Assembly (NCBI GenBank): GCA_965230295.1
Contig: OZ246001.1
Span: 3,168,001 to 3,232,000 of the forward strand
Length of the DNA stretch: 64,000 nucleotides
Origin: Marinicella sp.
GTDB taxonomy: Bacteria > Pseudomonadota > Gammaproteobacteria > Xanthomonadales > Marinicellaceae
Direction of reading: 5' to 3'
Position numbers and translations under genes: made by a program. The notes beneath the pieces are model-generated. The model was not told where the DNA came from. It made no database searches and was given only the letters and a program-made list of their open reading frames with translations. Shown piece after piece: positions 47,708 to 57,377 of this stretch (within the stretch, counting starts at the first letter, position 1; each line of letters opens with the position of its first letter).

Positions 47708-48493
47708 ATGATGACCATTCCGCTGCTAAAACTAGATCTGAAGCGCACCTACTCAAATTACTACCTGTTCAACTCAAGAATCCTCACTCATGTGGTTTTT
47801 TGGTTGACTTACTATGTCTGTTTTTCTGTGATTTGGTCAGGCCGATATGGCTTGTATGGATCGTTCTACCTGGAGTTTATTTTATTACCGATGCGGATTG
47901 CCGCTACTTATTTGGTCATGTATTGGGCCATGCCCCGTTTTTTATTACCGGCCAAGTTGCTCAGTTTTTTATTGAGCCTGTGTGGTATTTTATTGATATG
48001 TGGGATCTTCCAAAGGCTGTCGATTTACTTTTTTTATGAGGAATTTCTCGACATCACGCAAAGCGCTTTGTTCAGCCCTCAAGCCATGTTCAGGGCCATT
48101 TTGTTGATCAACACCACAGTGATGTTGGCGATGACCATTAAATTTTACGGCCTCTATCAAGAACTCAGACGCCAAGGTGGCAAAGAAACCGTGAAGATGA
48201 TTGAACTGAAATCAGAGCGCCGCATGCACCTCATTCACCCGGATGACATCACCCACATTCAGGGCTTGGGCAATTACATCACCATCCACCTCAATGATGA
48301 TCAGGAGTTGACCAGTTACATCACTTTGAAAAACATCATGGCGCAATTGCCCGATCATTTTCTCAGGGTCCACAAATCCCACATCATCAACAAGAAACAC
48401 CTCAAGTCCTACAACAATGAAGACCTACAAATCGGCCAAAAGACGATTCCTCGTGGCAAAGACATCAAGGATGAAGATTTGAAAATCCGTTAG
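47708..48493 (+). CDS. Membrane-bound LytTR-domain regulator
   Basis: Four TM helices, then IQGLGNYI and FLRVHKSHIIN. Confidence 0.88.
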   Translation: MMTIPLLKLDLKRTYSNYYLFNSRILTHVVFWLTYYVCFSVIWSGRYGLYGSFYLEFILLPMRIAATYLVMYWAMPRFLLPAKLLSFLLSLCGILLICGIFQRLSIYFFYEEFLDITQSALFSPQAMFRAILLINTTVMLAMTIKFYGLYQELRRQGGKETVKMIELKSERRMHLIHPDDITHIQGLGNYITIHLNDDQELTSYITLKNIMAQLPDHFLRVHKSHIINKKHLKSYNNEDLQIGQKTIPRGKDIKDEDLKIR

Positions 48494-48507
48494 CCACCAT
48501 TGTTTTT

Positions 48508-48545
48508 GGGCCTGTTAACACTGTTTGCATCGTGTTAACAGGCCC
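48508..48545. repeat. 14-bp perfect inverted repeat (terminator or collapsed MITE)
   Basis: GGGCCTGTTAACAC-N10-GTGTTAACAGGCCC between convergent stops. Confidence 0.65.
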
Positions 48546-48550
48546 TGGTT

Positions 48551-49153
48551 TCAGTCATAGATTCTGATGATCTGGCCGTTGTCCCGGCCTTGGACACTTC
48601 GGACATAGCCATTGACCACTTTTACCATGGGGATGGGGTTATGGCCCGGGAAGAAATCCCGGTATTTTTCATAAGCATCTGCAACCACGCCTGATGACAC
48701 CACATTGACTCTGATGTTGTTGTCCAACTCCAATGACACGGCCTTGACAAAACTATGGATCGCCCCATTGACCATGGCGGCACTGGTGGTCATTAAAACA
48801 GGGTCATCTGCCAAAATGCCGGTTGTCAGGGTTAGCGAGCCATTTGGGTTCAGGAAATTTTGTCCGATTCTGACCAAGTTGACTTGTCCCATCAATTTAC
48901 TGTTGATCCCGATGTGAAAATCGGCTTCTGTGAGGTTGTTAAAGCGATCCCACTTGGCTTCGCCAGCAATGCCTATGATGGCATCAACCTGGCCAACTTG
49001 ATTGAACATGTTCTTGATGGATTCACTGTTTGAAATATCAACTGTATATTCCGAGCCGGTTCGGCCAGCAATCAAAACTTCATGATTTTGTTTGAAATGA
49101 GCGGTGACTTTTTTGCCAATGGTTCCATGGCCTCCAATGATCAATATCTTCAT
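48551..49153 (-). CDS. Short-chain dehydrogenase (atypical SDR)
   Basis: MKILIIGGHGTIG, SKLMGQVNL, IRVNVVS. Confidence 0.92.
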   Translation of the reverse strand: MKILIIGGHGTIGKKVTAHFKQNHEVLIAGRTGSEYTVDISNSESIKNMFNQVGQVDAIIGIAGEAKWDRFNNLTEADFHIGINSKLMGQVNLVRIGQNFLNPNGSLTLTTGILADDPVLMTTSAAMVNGAIHSFVKAVSLELDNNIRVNVVSSGVVADAYEKYRDFFPGHNPIPMVKVVNGYVRSVQGRDNGQIIRIYD

Positions 49154-49593
49154 GTTAATGCCTTTAAAGTGTGTTCAAAATGATAACCAATGATGCCGAA
49201 GCCATGGTTGAAATAAAATTTATGCGATGGGGTGTTTTGTACATATGTATTGAGCCCGATGGCGGTGAAATTTTTCTGTGCTGACCATTGTTTAATGGCA
49301 TTCATGAAAAAAGCCCCCAGACCTTTTGATTGATGATTTGGATCAATCACGACATTGTCTATTTCAAGTTGTTTGCCACAATAGATTCTGACTGTGATCC
49401 AGCCACTGGAAATGCCAACCATTTTGTTATCTAGGAACAAGCCAAAACAGGTGTAGTTGGGCATGTCTGCCATGGCACTCAGGTGGTTTTCTATGAGATT
49501 TGGTGACATCGAAGGGTTCAGATGCTGAAGCAAATACAGGGCTGTTTTTTTGTGGTCTATCGGGTTGATGACACAAAATTGGGGATCATTCAT
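49150..49593 (-). CDS. GNAT N-acetyltransferase
   Basis: IDNVVIDPNHQSKGLG, N..SHKFYFNHGF. Confidence 0.92.
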   Translation of the reverse strand: MNDPQFCVINPIDHKKTALYLLQHLNPSMSPNLIENHLSAMADMPNYTCFGLFLDNKMVGISSGWITVRIYCGKQLEIDNVVIDPNHQSKGLGAFFMNAIKQWSAQKNFTAIGLNTYVQNTPSHKFYFNHGFGIIGYHFEHTLKALT

Positions 49594-49643
49594 GGTTGTT
49601 TATAAATATACATATCGAAATATGTAGATATGATGAATTAAAA

Positions 49644-49952
49644 TTACTGATTTGTCAAGAACCGGGCATAGGTTTCAATCAATTGTTCATTTCTTTTGAG
49701 GTATGTCCACTTACCGTGCCTGGTTGAAATGAGTAAACCACACTTTTCCATGTTGCTCAGGTAAGTTGAAATGGTGGACTGCGACAGGCCTGATTTTTCC
49801 TGGATAAAGGTGACACAGACACCGTCATCAAAGTGGTTGATGGCTTGGTGTGGTGGGAAGTTCTTTTCTGGTTCCTTCAACCACTCCATAATACGCAACC
49901 GTGCATGGTTAGATAAGCATTTTCCAATTTCTGTGGCGGTCTTTAAGTCCAT
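49644..49952 (-). CDS. ArsR/SmtB-family transcriptional regulator
   Basis: LSNHARLRIMEWL, GVCV, GLSQSTISTYL, RHGKWTY. Confidence 0.92.
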   Translation of the reverse strand: MDLKTATEIGKCLSNHARLRIMEWLKEPEKNFPPHQAINHFDDGVCVTFIQEKSGLSQSTISTYLSNMEKCGLLISTRHGKWTYLKRNEQLIETYARFLTNQ

Positions 49953-50171
49953 GGTTTATATCTTGTTACTTGGTTTGTTATGAATCAAGTGTGGTGTGAA
50001 TGACATTATTCAAGTTCAATCACAGTGATGGTAAACATGATACCACAAGCTCATCCAATCAATGGAATCAGAGGGTTTAGACTCAGATCCAATAATTCCA
50101 TCTGAAAATCAATGTTGAAGCAATCAATGGTGATTTAAAACGATTGTCCTCAATAGAAAAGTGAAGCCGGT

Positions 50172-51050
50172 TCAGTTGGCATCGTTCAGTGCGGGATAGA
50201 GGTGGAGCAGGCAGCCTTTACCGGCAAAAGTCAGCTGGTACTTGGGTTCGGGGCCGTTGGGGTCGGTGTTTTCCAGAACACCTTTCTCGACCAGATAGTC
50301 AAACAAGGTTTTGGACAACTGTTTGGCTTTGAGCTTGGCAGTGATTTCCAGACGACTGGCGACCCCTTTGGCCATGTAAACGGCTTTCAGGATCCGTGCA
50401 TCTGTTTCTGACAATTCAGGCATGGGTCCGGTGTATTCGGGGTACTGTAATTCAGGGTATTTACCTTGGATTTTCTTATAAGATTCCTGGATGGAGCGGA
50501 TGTCGTCTTCTTTGTTATCAGTTAGGTGATAGGTATGAAAGACGCCTGATTGTTTGTTCTTGAAGTCGACCTTTGCCAGGAAGATGGGCAATTCAGTGCC
50601 TTTGGCCAAATGATAGAAGCCGGTTTTCCAGCGTTCGGTTTTGCCACGTGTGCCTTCAGGCGTAACCAGAAAAAAGATCTGGCGTGACTTGTGTTTTTCC
50701 ACAAACCGAGTGATCTTGCCGATTTGACCTTGGGCTCCGCCCTTGCGGTTGATCGGAATGGCTCCCAGCCACATCATGATGCGACCAATGATCGGCTTGC
50801 GACACCAGCTTTCTTTGATCGAAAAGTATATTTTGATGTCCAGGATGATGGCAGCTCCCATGGCATAGATGACATCCCAGTTGGAGGTGTGTGGTGCTGC
50901 AATCGTGATGCCAGCCCCTTTGTATCCGGCATCTATGACTTGCCAGCCGGCGATTTTGAACCATACTTTGAAGATGAGTTTCAGGAAGTATTTTCCAATG
51001 ATGCCATCAAAGATGGTTTTATCGCGAATTTCGAGTGAACTGTTTGCCAT
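50172..51050 (-). CDS. PlsC-like acyltransferase with C-terminal winged-helix-like extension
   Basis: APHTSNWD, TPEGTR, WKTGFY; tail ELSETDARILKAV...YQLTFAG. Confidence 0.88.
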   Translation of the reverse strand: MANSSLEIRDKTIFDGIIGKYFLKLIFKVWFKIAGWQVIDAGYKGAGITIAAPHTSNWDVIYAMGAAIILDIKIYFSIKESWCRKPIIGRIMMWLGAIPINRKGGAQGQIGKITRFVEKHKSRQIFFLVTPEGTRGKTERWKTGFYHLAKGTELPIFLAKVDFKNKQSGVFHTYHLTDNKEDDIRSIQESYKKIQGKYPELQYPEYTGPMPELSETDARILKAVYMAKGVASRLEITAKLKAKQLSKTLFDYLVEKGVLENTDPNGPEPKYQLTFAGKGCLLHLYPALNDAN

Positions 51051-51159
51051 TGAAGTGCCTGTGTTTGGATTTTATTGATTGTGTCAGTCATTATATGGGC
51101 ACAATTCAGAAGAAAAAGTGAAATTTTGTGGCAGGATGCCATTGGGTTCATTGAATGAA

Positions 51160-51310
51160 AAGGAATGTCCTTGGGACTTCATTCACTTTTGTTTTCTACA
51201 AAAGTGAAAGCGGCCACGGCGGACATGACTTACTACTTCGGGCTTGCACTCTCTGGCTCAGCGAGGCTTCGCCAACCAAGTGCGCCAGTCGAACTGTTCC
51301 ACAGTTCTCC
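51160..51310 (+). repeat. Structured dispersed repeat, copy B (minimal, diverged)
   Basis: AAGGAATGTCCTTGGGACTTCATTCACTTTTGT...ACAAAAGTGAAAGCGGCCACGGCGGACAT...GAACTGTTCCACAGTTC. Confidence 0.8.
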
Positions 51311-51355
51311 TTGGCTGCTTGTGGCTATGACATGGACTGAAGTCCACGCTCCGAT

Positions 51356-52717
51356 TTATTCTTGCACACCCACCAGATTTACATTTGGCCCCATGTCTTG
51401 TCCATCATCACCGGCTAGGTGGCCTATTGAGCCTGGTAGCAGCTGATAATCTGTGATCTGATTCAATGCCGGGTTGGTGAATGTTGGGCTGCCACTGAGT
51501 GAATGGGCATCTTGCGAATGGTGAGTCTGCCATTGTGTTAAATCATAGGCTTGGTTGTTTTCAAAAATGTCGGCCACATAAAGGTTGTGATCCATGGTGC
51601 TTTCATGCGGTGTGGTATCCCATGGATGCAGATAAAATCGTGAGACAATGATGTTGTTGAATAAGCTGTTTTGATAGGCGCCTTGATCTGTGGCGCCATC
51701 TGAGCAACCGTCAAACCCCAAATCGTAGAAGTAATTATTGGTCAAGTGGTTGTAATCACCACCTTCACCCGTGGCTCCTGAACAATGGTTCAATGAGAAT
51801 GTGCCAGCTGATGCCGTGCTGATGTTGTTGTGAATGTGGGTGTATCGGGTGTTCAAACGAGCAGCTATGGAAACATCACGGATGTAGTTATTGGCAATCA
51901 CTGAACCTGTATTGCCGATCGATGGAAAATGATCGTGTTTATAATGTATACCGGTTCGGTGATTGGATATTTCGTTGTTCAATATCCTGACATGGCGATC
52001 ATGGGTGTAATAAATGCCGGCTGAATTCATTGATCCCAAGTTGGGCCCTGGGCCATCTATGCGGTTGTTTTGAACCACCGTATCCAGGCCAAACTGAAAT
52101 ACAGTCACACTGCCGGCATTGTCGTTGACAAAATGTGTGCCGGAAAACTGGTTGTTCTCAACCATGACCTTGATCACGTCTTCGGTGATGCGGTTTTCTC
52201 CCACATTAACGCCGATTTTACAGTCAAGAAACACCAGATTGCTGATGGTGATGTGGCTTTGGTCGATATAAAAACACTGGGCACCGGTGTCGCTGTTGAT
52301 GTCATACTGACCATCGATGGTGACTTGTTCACCCGGATAGGATCTGATGGTGATTCGATTCCAAGCATCAGGCTGTGGTGATTGAAAAGTATGTGACCGT
52401 CCGAATGCCATCACCATGTCATAATTACCATAAGCGCCTTCGGTGAACAAGAAAGTGTCGTTATAAACACCACCCATCAAATAGAGTATATCACCACCAC
52501 TTAACAGGTTTTGTGCCGTGCGTAAATCACATGGATCGGCATACTCACAACTGGCAGCCATTGATGCCCCGGGTGCCGCATAAAAACAATCATTTTTGGC
52601 AGCACAAACCACCGATTCAAAATCTGCCTTGTACACCATGTCACCGTAACTCACCAATGGATTGGTACTTGCACCAGCAGTCCAAAAAAGTAAACATAAA
52701 AGCACCCTTATCATCAT
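51356..52717 (-). CDS. Secreted right-handed parallel beta-helix protein
   Basis: GDILYLMGGVY, ITIRSYPGEQVTIDG, IxNNxI ladders, DGQDMG; start at MMIRVLL gives a signal peptide. Confidence 0.85.
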   Translation of the reverse strand: MMIRVLLCLLFWTAGASTNPLVSYGDMVYKADFESVVCAAKNDCFYAAPGASMAASCEYADPCDLRTAQNLLSGGDILYLMGGVYNDTFLFTEGAYGNYDMVMAFGRSHTFQSPQPDAWNRITIRSYPGEQVTIDGQYDINSDTGAQCFYIDQSHITISNLVFLDCKIGVNVGENRITEDVIKVMVENNQFSGTHFVNDNAGSVTVFQFGLDTVVQNNRIDGPGPNLGSMNSAGIYYTHDRHVRILNNEISNHRTGIHYKHDHFPSIGNTGSVIANNYIRDVSIAARLNTRYTHIHNNISTASAGTFSLNHCSGATGEGGDYNHLTNNYFYDLGFDGCSDGATDQGAYQNSLFNNIIVSRFYLHPWDTTPHESTMDHNLYVADIFENNQAYDLTQWQTHHSQDAHSLSGSPTFTNPALNQITDYQLLPGSIGHLAGDDGQDMGPNVNLVGVQE

Positions 52718-52924
52718 ATCTGACTGAACTTCTAAAAAAGGATCAGTATCCAATAAGAGTGAACTGCTGTTTGTGACCCAAATCAAACTAAATAAAATAA
52801 GTTATCCGAAATCGTGCGCCTCGGTCGACAACAGGTGATAAAGCTGTGGCTTTAATTGGTGTTTTTTATCACTTTTAGAGTGAAGTGCCATTACAATGGT
52901 TTTTATTTTTTTTAAAAGAGATTT

Positions 52925-54109
52925 ATGCTGGAAACACCTTTCAAATCCAAGTTACCACATGTAGGCACCAGTATTTTTACTGAGATGTCACTGATGGCTG
53001 CACAGTACGGGGCGATCAATTTATCACAAGGGTTTCCTGAGTTCGACGCGCCTGAATTTCTGAAATCGGCAATCAGTCAAGCCATTGCTGAAGGTAAGAA
53101 TCAATATTGTCAGTCATCAGGCTTACCCGATTTATTGTTACAAATTGGTGCTCTGGTGGATCGGTGTTACCGGTCAAGCTCAGATCAGCAGTTGGATGCG
53201 ATGAACACCGTTACGGTGACTTCGGGTGCCACTGAAGCTTTGTGGGTGGCTTTCCAGTCTGTGGTCCGCCCAGGTGATGAAGTCATCATATTTGATCCAG
53301 CCTATGATTCTTATGAACCAGCGGTTGAATTGGCGGGTGGTCGATGTCGACACATTGCCATGACGGCACCAGATTATGCGATTGACTGGTCTCAGGTGGC
53401 CCAAACCATCAATGACAAAACACGGGCCATCGTGATCAACAGCCCACATAATCCGACCGGGACATTATTGGGTGCTGATGACATGGAAGCTTTGCAGGCG
53501 CTGGTGTTAAAACATGATCTTTATGTGATCAGTGATGAAGTGTATGAGCACATCACGTTCGATGGAGCGCGCCATGAAAGTGTGTTGGCCTATCCGGATT
53601 TGTTTGAGCGGGCCTTTGTGATTTCCAGTTTTGGCAAGACATTTCATTGTACCGGATGGAAGATGGGCTATTGTGTGGCGCCAAAGCATTTAACGGCTGA
53701 GTTCAGGAAGGTTCACCAGTATGTGACATTTTGTTCATTCACACCGGCTCAATTTGCCATCGCTACCATGTTGAAAACCCATCCTGAACACATCGGTGAA
53801 TTGGGCGGTTTCTACCAGCAAAAAAGGGATGTATTGGTTGAAGCATTAAAACCCTCACGATTTAAAGTTTTGCCCGCCAAAGGAACTTACTTTGTTTTAT
53901 TGGACTATTCTGAAATTTCCGATAAGACCGATGTTGAGTTTTGTCATTGGCTGACCCAGGAAGTGGGGGTGGCCGCGATTCCACTCAGCCCGTTTTATCA
54001 GGCTGACATTCTGGATGCCTATCATCAGGAAAACAAGGTGGTGCGTTTGTGCTTTGCCAAACAGGATGAAACTTTATTAAAAGCAGCAGAGATACTATGT
54101 CAACTCTAA
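52925..54109 (+). CDS. ybdL: PLP-dependent methionine aminotransferase (class I/II)
   Basis: SKLPHVGTSIF, NLSQGFP, NSPHNPTG, SDEVY, SSFGKTFHCTGWKMG. Confidence 0.9.
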   Translation: MLETPFKSKLPHVGTSIFTEMSLMAAQYGAINLSQGFPEFDAPEFLKSAISQAIAEGKNQYCQSSGLPDLLLQIGALVDRCYRSSSDQQLDAMNTVTVTSGATEALWVAFQSVVRPGDEVIIFDPAYDSYEPAVELAGGRCRHIAMTAPDYAIDWSQVAQTINDKTRAIVINSPHNPTGTLLGADDMEALQALVLKHDLYVISDEVYEHITFDGARHESVLAYPDLFERAFVISSFGKTFHCTGWKMGYCVAPKHLTAEFRKVHQYVTFCSFTPAQFAIATMLKTHPEHIGELGGFYQQKRDVLVEALKPSRFKVLPAKGTYFVLLDYSEISDKTDVEFCHWLTQEVGVAAIPLSPFYQADILDAYHQENKVVRLCFAKQDETLLKAAEILCQL

Positions 54110-54888
54110 CCATAGCAGCCATACAGTACGACATCCAGTGGTTAGCAAGACAGGCCAATCTTGCCAAGCTGGAAACCATGATTGAACAATTCTTTTCATC
54201 ACATGATGCGGTGGATCTGTTGCTGTTACCGGAAACTTTTTCGACCGGTTTCTGCACCACTGATCCGGCTGTCAGCGAGCCAGAGTATGGTGGTGGTGAT
54301 TTGCTTTGGCTTAAGCAAATGGCTCAAAAGTATAACTGTGTGGTGGCGGGCAGTGTTTTTGTGAAGCAGGATGACAAAAAAGCCAACCGATTTTATTGGG
54401 CTGGACCGGATGGTGTGGTGGCTTATTACGACAAAAGACATTTGTTTCGATTGGGCAATGAAGGAGATTATGTGGTTCAGGGTAAGGACAGGAAAGTTTT
54501 TAACATCAAAGGGGTAAATATATTACCTCAGGTGTGTTATGACCTGCGTTTTCCGGTCTTCTCAAGGAACAGGCAAGATTATGACTTGATGATCAATGTG
54601 GCCAATTGGCCAGCCGCCAGGCGCCATGTTTGGGACACATTGCTCAAAGCTCGGGCGATGGAAAACCAAGCCTATGTGGTGGGTGTGAATCGGGTTGGTG
54701 AAGACGGCCACGGGGTTGCGCATTCCGGGGGCACATGTGTGCTGGATTATGCTGGTGAACCATTGCTTACAGCTGAGGATGATACTGAACAGGTGATCAG
54801 CTTGGCATTGGATTTTTCAGCATTAGATAAATTCAAGGAAGATTTTCCTGCCTATTTGGATGCAGATGATTTTAATCTTGTTCAGTAA
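54097..54888 (+). CDS. yafV: Omega-amidase (nitrilase-family amidohydrolase)
   Basis: LLPETF, YDKRHLF, VCYDLRFP, ARAMENQ; coupled to ybdL. Confidence 0.88.
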   Translation: MSTLTIAAIQYDIQWLARQANLAKLETMIEQFFSSHDAVDLLLLPETFSTGFCTTDPAVSEPEYGGGDLLWLKQMAQKYNCVVAGSVFVKQDDKKANRFYWAGPDGVVAYYDKRHLFRLGNEGDYVVQGKDRKVFNIKGVNILPQVCYDLRFPVFSRNRQDYDLMINVANWPAARRHVWDTLLKARAMENQAYVVGVNRVGEDGHGVAHSGGTCVLDYAGEPLLTAEDDTEQVISLALDFSALDKFKEDFPAYLDADDFNLVQ

Positions 54889-54889
54889 T

Positions 54890-55158
54890 AAGGAATGTTC
54901 TTGGGGCTCCATTCACTTTTGTTCTAGACAAAAGTGAAAGCGACCACGACGAACATGGCATGGTACCTCGCGCTCTTCGCCTCTGATTGGCCTACATGGA
55001 TGTAGGTCTGCCGCGATAGCTAGGAGCGATAGCGGCCGCTATAACAAAAGCTCACGGCTAATCAATCATTACATCAAGGCTTCTTTGCTTTGCAAAATCG
55101 CCAAGATTGCATGATTTGCCTAACCGGCTCGGCGGGTCAAGCTGCTCAACAGCTTTCC
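54890..55158 (+). repeat. Structured dispersed repeat, copy C
   Basis: Same core as copies A and B; insertion carries CCTACATGGATGTAGG. Confidence 0.85.
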
Positions 55159-55201
55159 TGAGACCGGACATTTAAACCAACCATGAAATACCATTAATTT
55201 T

Positions 55202-55231
55202 ATAGCCAGCTCTGTGAATTGAGCTGGCTAT
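55202..55231. terminator. Terminator hairpin between convergent genes
   Basis: ATAGCCAGCTC-N8-GAGCTGGCTAT with T-rich flanks on both strands. Confidence 0.7.
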
Positions 55232-55277
55232 TTCTGTGGCAATCATCTTTGCTGGATGGGCCGAGCTGCACCCTTAA

Positions 55278-57377
55278 TCAGTCAAACCCGTTGGTAAAAA
55301 TTGTGTCATTACAGTTGGCAATGCAGGTTACGTTGAATTCATAATATTCACCATTGGCATAGTCGTCATTGAACTGACGAATGCGAACGTCGTACCGTCC
55401 TGTTTCGGTGACTGTCCAATCGATCTGTGAGGCACGACCCGTCCCGCCATCATCATCAAAAGCCAATTCTGCTCCACATTCCTTTTGTAGGGACATGGTG
55501 GTGTCAGCACCTCCATTTAAATTGGATGTTTCAATCCGATAAGTGGCACCGGCCTGGCCATTAAAGTGAACCCAATCGGCATCACAATGTAGGTGGGCTT
55601 GGGTGAAACCCAAATGGATTTGTGAACCAGAACAAAAGTCATCAGTGCCACCAGAACCCATGTTTTCCCAGCCATCATCTGCACAGGTTTGAACCCCTTG
55701 AACAGTAATGACGCGATCCAACCAGGATGAATTGTTGTTCAATACAGTATCAACAGATGAGTTGATGTTGGCCGCCAGGTAGTAATTACCTGCTGGCAAA
55801 TTAGTTGGTATGGTGACAGGGATGTTATCCAGGTGGAAATAGCTGTCTGGATTCATGTTGCCACTGACGGTACTGCCAATGAATGTGGCACCGATCCAAT
55901 CATTGATGTTGTGCGTCAAGTACCAGTTTATGGTGGTACTGGCTTGGGCGGTGCCGGAATTTTCTAAGACAAAATCAGATACTTCAAAGGTGTCTCCAAC
56001 AGTCAGGTTGGTGCTGCTTAAAGTGGCATCGTCATAATTTTGGAAGCCGGGTGAATGAAACAAAGAAATGCTGAAATCAGTTTGCGACACTGCTGTACCT
56101 GGAAATGCATTTCTGACTGCCATCACATCATCACCATATAATACGGTATAAGCACGGTATTTTTTCGGTGCGTAGTTCATCACCGATAATTCTTCGAATT
56201 GATGGTTCAAGCCCCAAGCATGACCCAGTTCATGTAATAAAGTGCGGTTGGCATTGTATAAGCCGTTGTTAGAGTAGGTGGCATAATCATCAACACTCCA
56301 ATTAAATGCCGGGTTGACTGCTATATCTGCCTCAATACTTAAACCGGTACCATCCCATCGCAACCAACAGATGGCCAAAGTGTTAGCCCCCCAACCCTGG
56401 CCGAATTGGTCAATCATGGTTTGGTTATTAACGAAGCCGGCGATGTCATAAACATTGTTCTGCCATGCCCAAGTTGAAGGCGGATTGACATGGACCTGGA
56501 AGATGTCTGAATAATCATTCCAATAAGACATTTGGTACTCATCATGCAAGCCCAAAAGGCCTCCGGGACCCAGTTGGTTGTATACAATTGGAGTGAATTT
56601 GGCTGGGTGGTCGTAGGACCAGCGATTGCTTAATTGTTCAGGTAAATGGGTATCTAAAGTTGTCGATTGCATTGCCATACTGTCCACAGGGCCCATATTG
56701 GCCGATGGTTTCATTGAGTGATGCTCGTGGTTTGCATGAGGGCGTGTTGTATTGACTGATGCCGATAAGTTTTTGACAAAATCACTGTCATAAGATTTAA
56801 CAGGCAGGTCTTTGATGACATGTTTTTCCGCACCGGGTGATAATTTTCTGGATGGCAATGCTTTGCTTTTGGCCAGAGGAATTTCTTGCTTGATTTGTTC
56901 AACAAATTCATCAAAGCTGATCGTTGAATGACCAGCTTTGATCACTTCACCTAAACCGCCGATAACCGATGCCTTGTTTTCACTGGCGCTGAATTTTCCC
57001 TGATATAAGCCAGTCACTGGGCTTATCAACGGTTTAATCGGGCTTTCAAGCATCAACAACACTTCTTCATCAACCGCAAATTCTGGTACATCGCTCAGCG
57101 ATTGGCCTTCTTCTGGTAACTGCCCGCCCGCAAAAGTCAAAGTCAATTCATCGGCATAGTATTGACCAAATAAAACTTCATCTATGGAGAATTCATAATC
57201 TGTAACGATTAAGTTGCCTTGTGTGTTCCATCGAGATTTCTTAGACCTGACTTCACCAACAAAAATCATTTCTGATCTTTGAATCACTTCTTCTCTTTCC
57301 ATTTGAACGACTGCAGCTTGAATCACCTGTATGTTGATCAGAAATGCGCCTATTAATATGTATATAAATTTTTTCAT
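55278..57377 (-). CDS. Secreted metzincin (matrixin-like) protease with CARDB-like and PPC-like domains
   Basis: HELGHAWGLNH, Met-turn SVMNY, AFDDDGG PPC-like domain, terminal DTIFTNGFD. Confidence 0.9.
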   Translation of the reverse strand: MKKFIYILIGAFLINIQVIQAAVVQMEREEVIQRSEMIFVGEVRSKKSRWNTQGNLIVTDYEFSIDEVLFGQYYADELTLTFAGGQLPEEGQSLSDVPEFAVDEEVLLMLESPIKPLISPVTGLYQGKFSASENKASVIGGLGEVIKAGHSTISFDEFVEQIKQEIPLAKSKALPSRKLSPGAEKHVIKDLPVKSYDSDFVKNLSASVNTTRPHANHEHHSMKPSANMGPVDSMAMQSTTLDTHLPEQLSNRWSYDHPAKFTPIVYNQLGPGGLLGLHDEYQMSYWNDYSDIFQVHVNPPSTWAWQNNVYDIAGFVNNQTMIDQFGQGWGANTLAICWLRWDGTGLSIEADIAVNPAFNWSVDDYATYSNNGLYNANRTLLHELGHAWGLNHQFEELSVMNYAPKKYRAYTVLYGDDVMAVRNAFPGTAVSQTDFSISLFHSPGFQNYDDATLSSTNLTVGDTFEVSDFVLENSGTAQASTTINWYLTHNINDWIGATFIGSTVSGNMNPDSYFHLDNIPVTIPTNLPAGNYYLAANINSSVDTVLNNNSSWLDRVITVQGVQTCADDGWENMGSGGTDDFCSGSQIHLGFTQAHLHCDADWVHFNGQAGATYRIETSNLNGGADTTMSLQKECGAELAFDDDGGTGRASQIDWTVTETGRYDVRIRQFNDDYANGEYYEFNVTCIANCNDTIFTNGFD

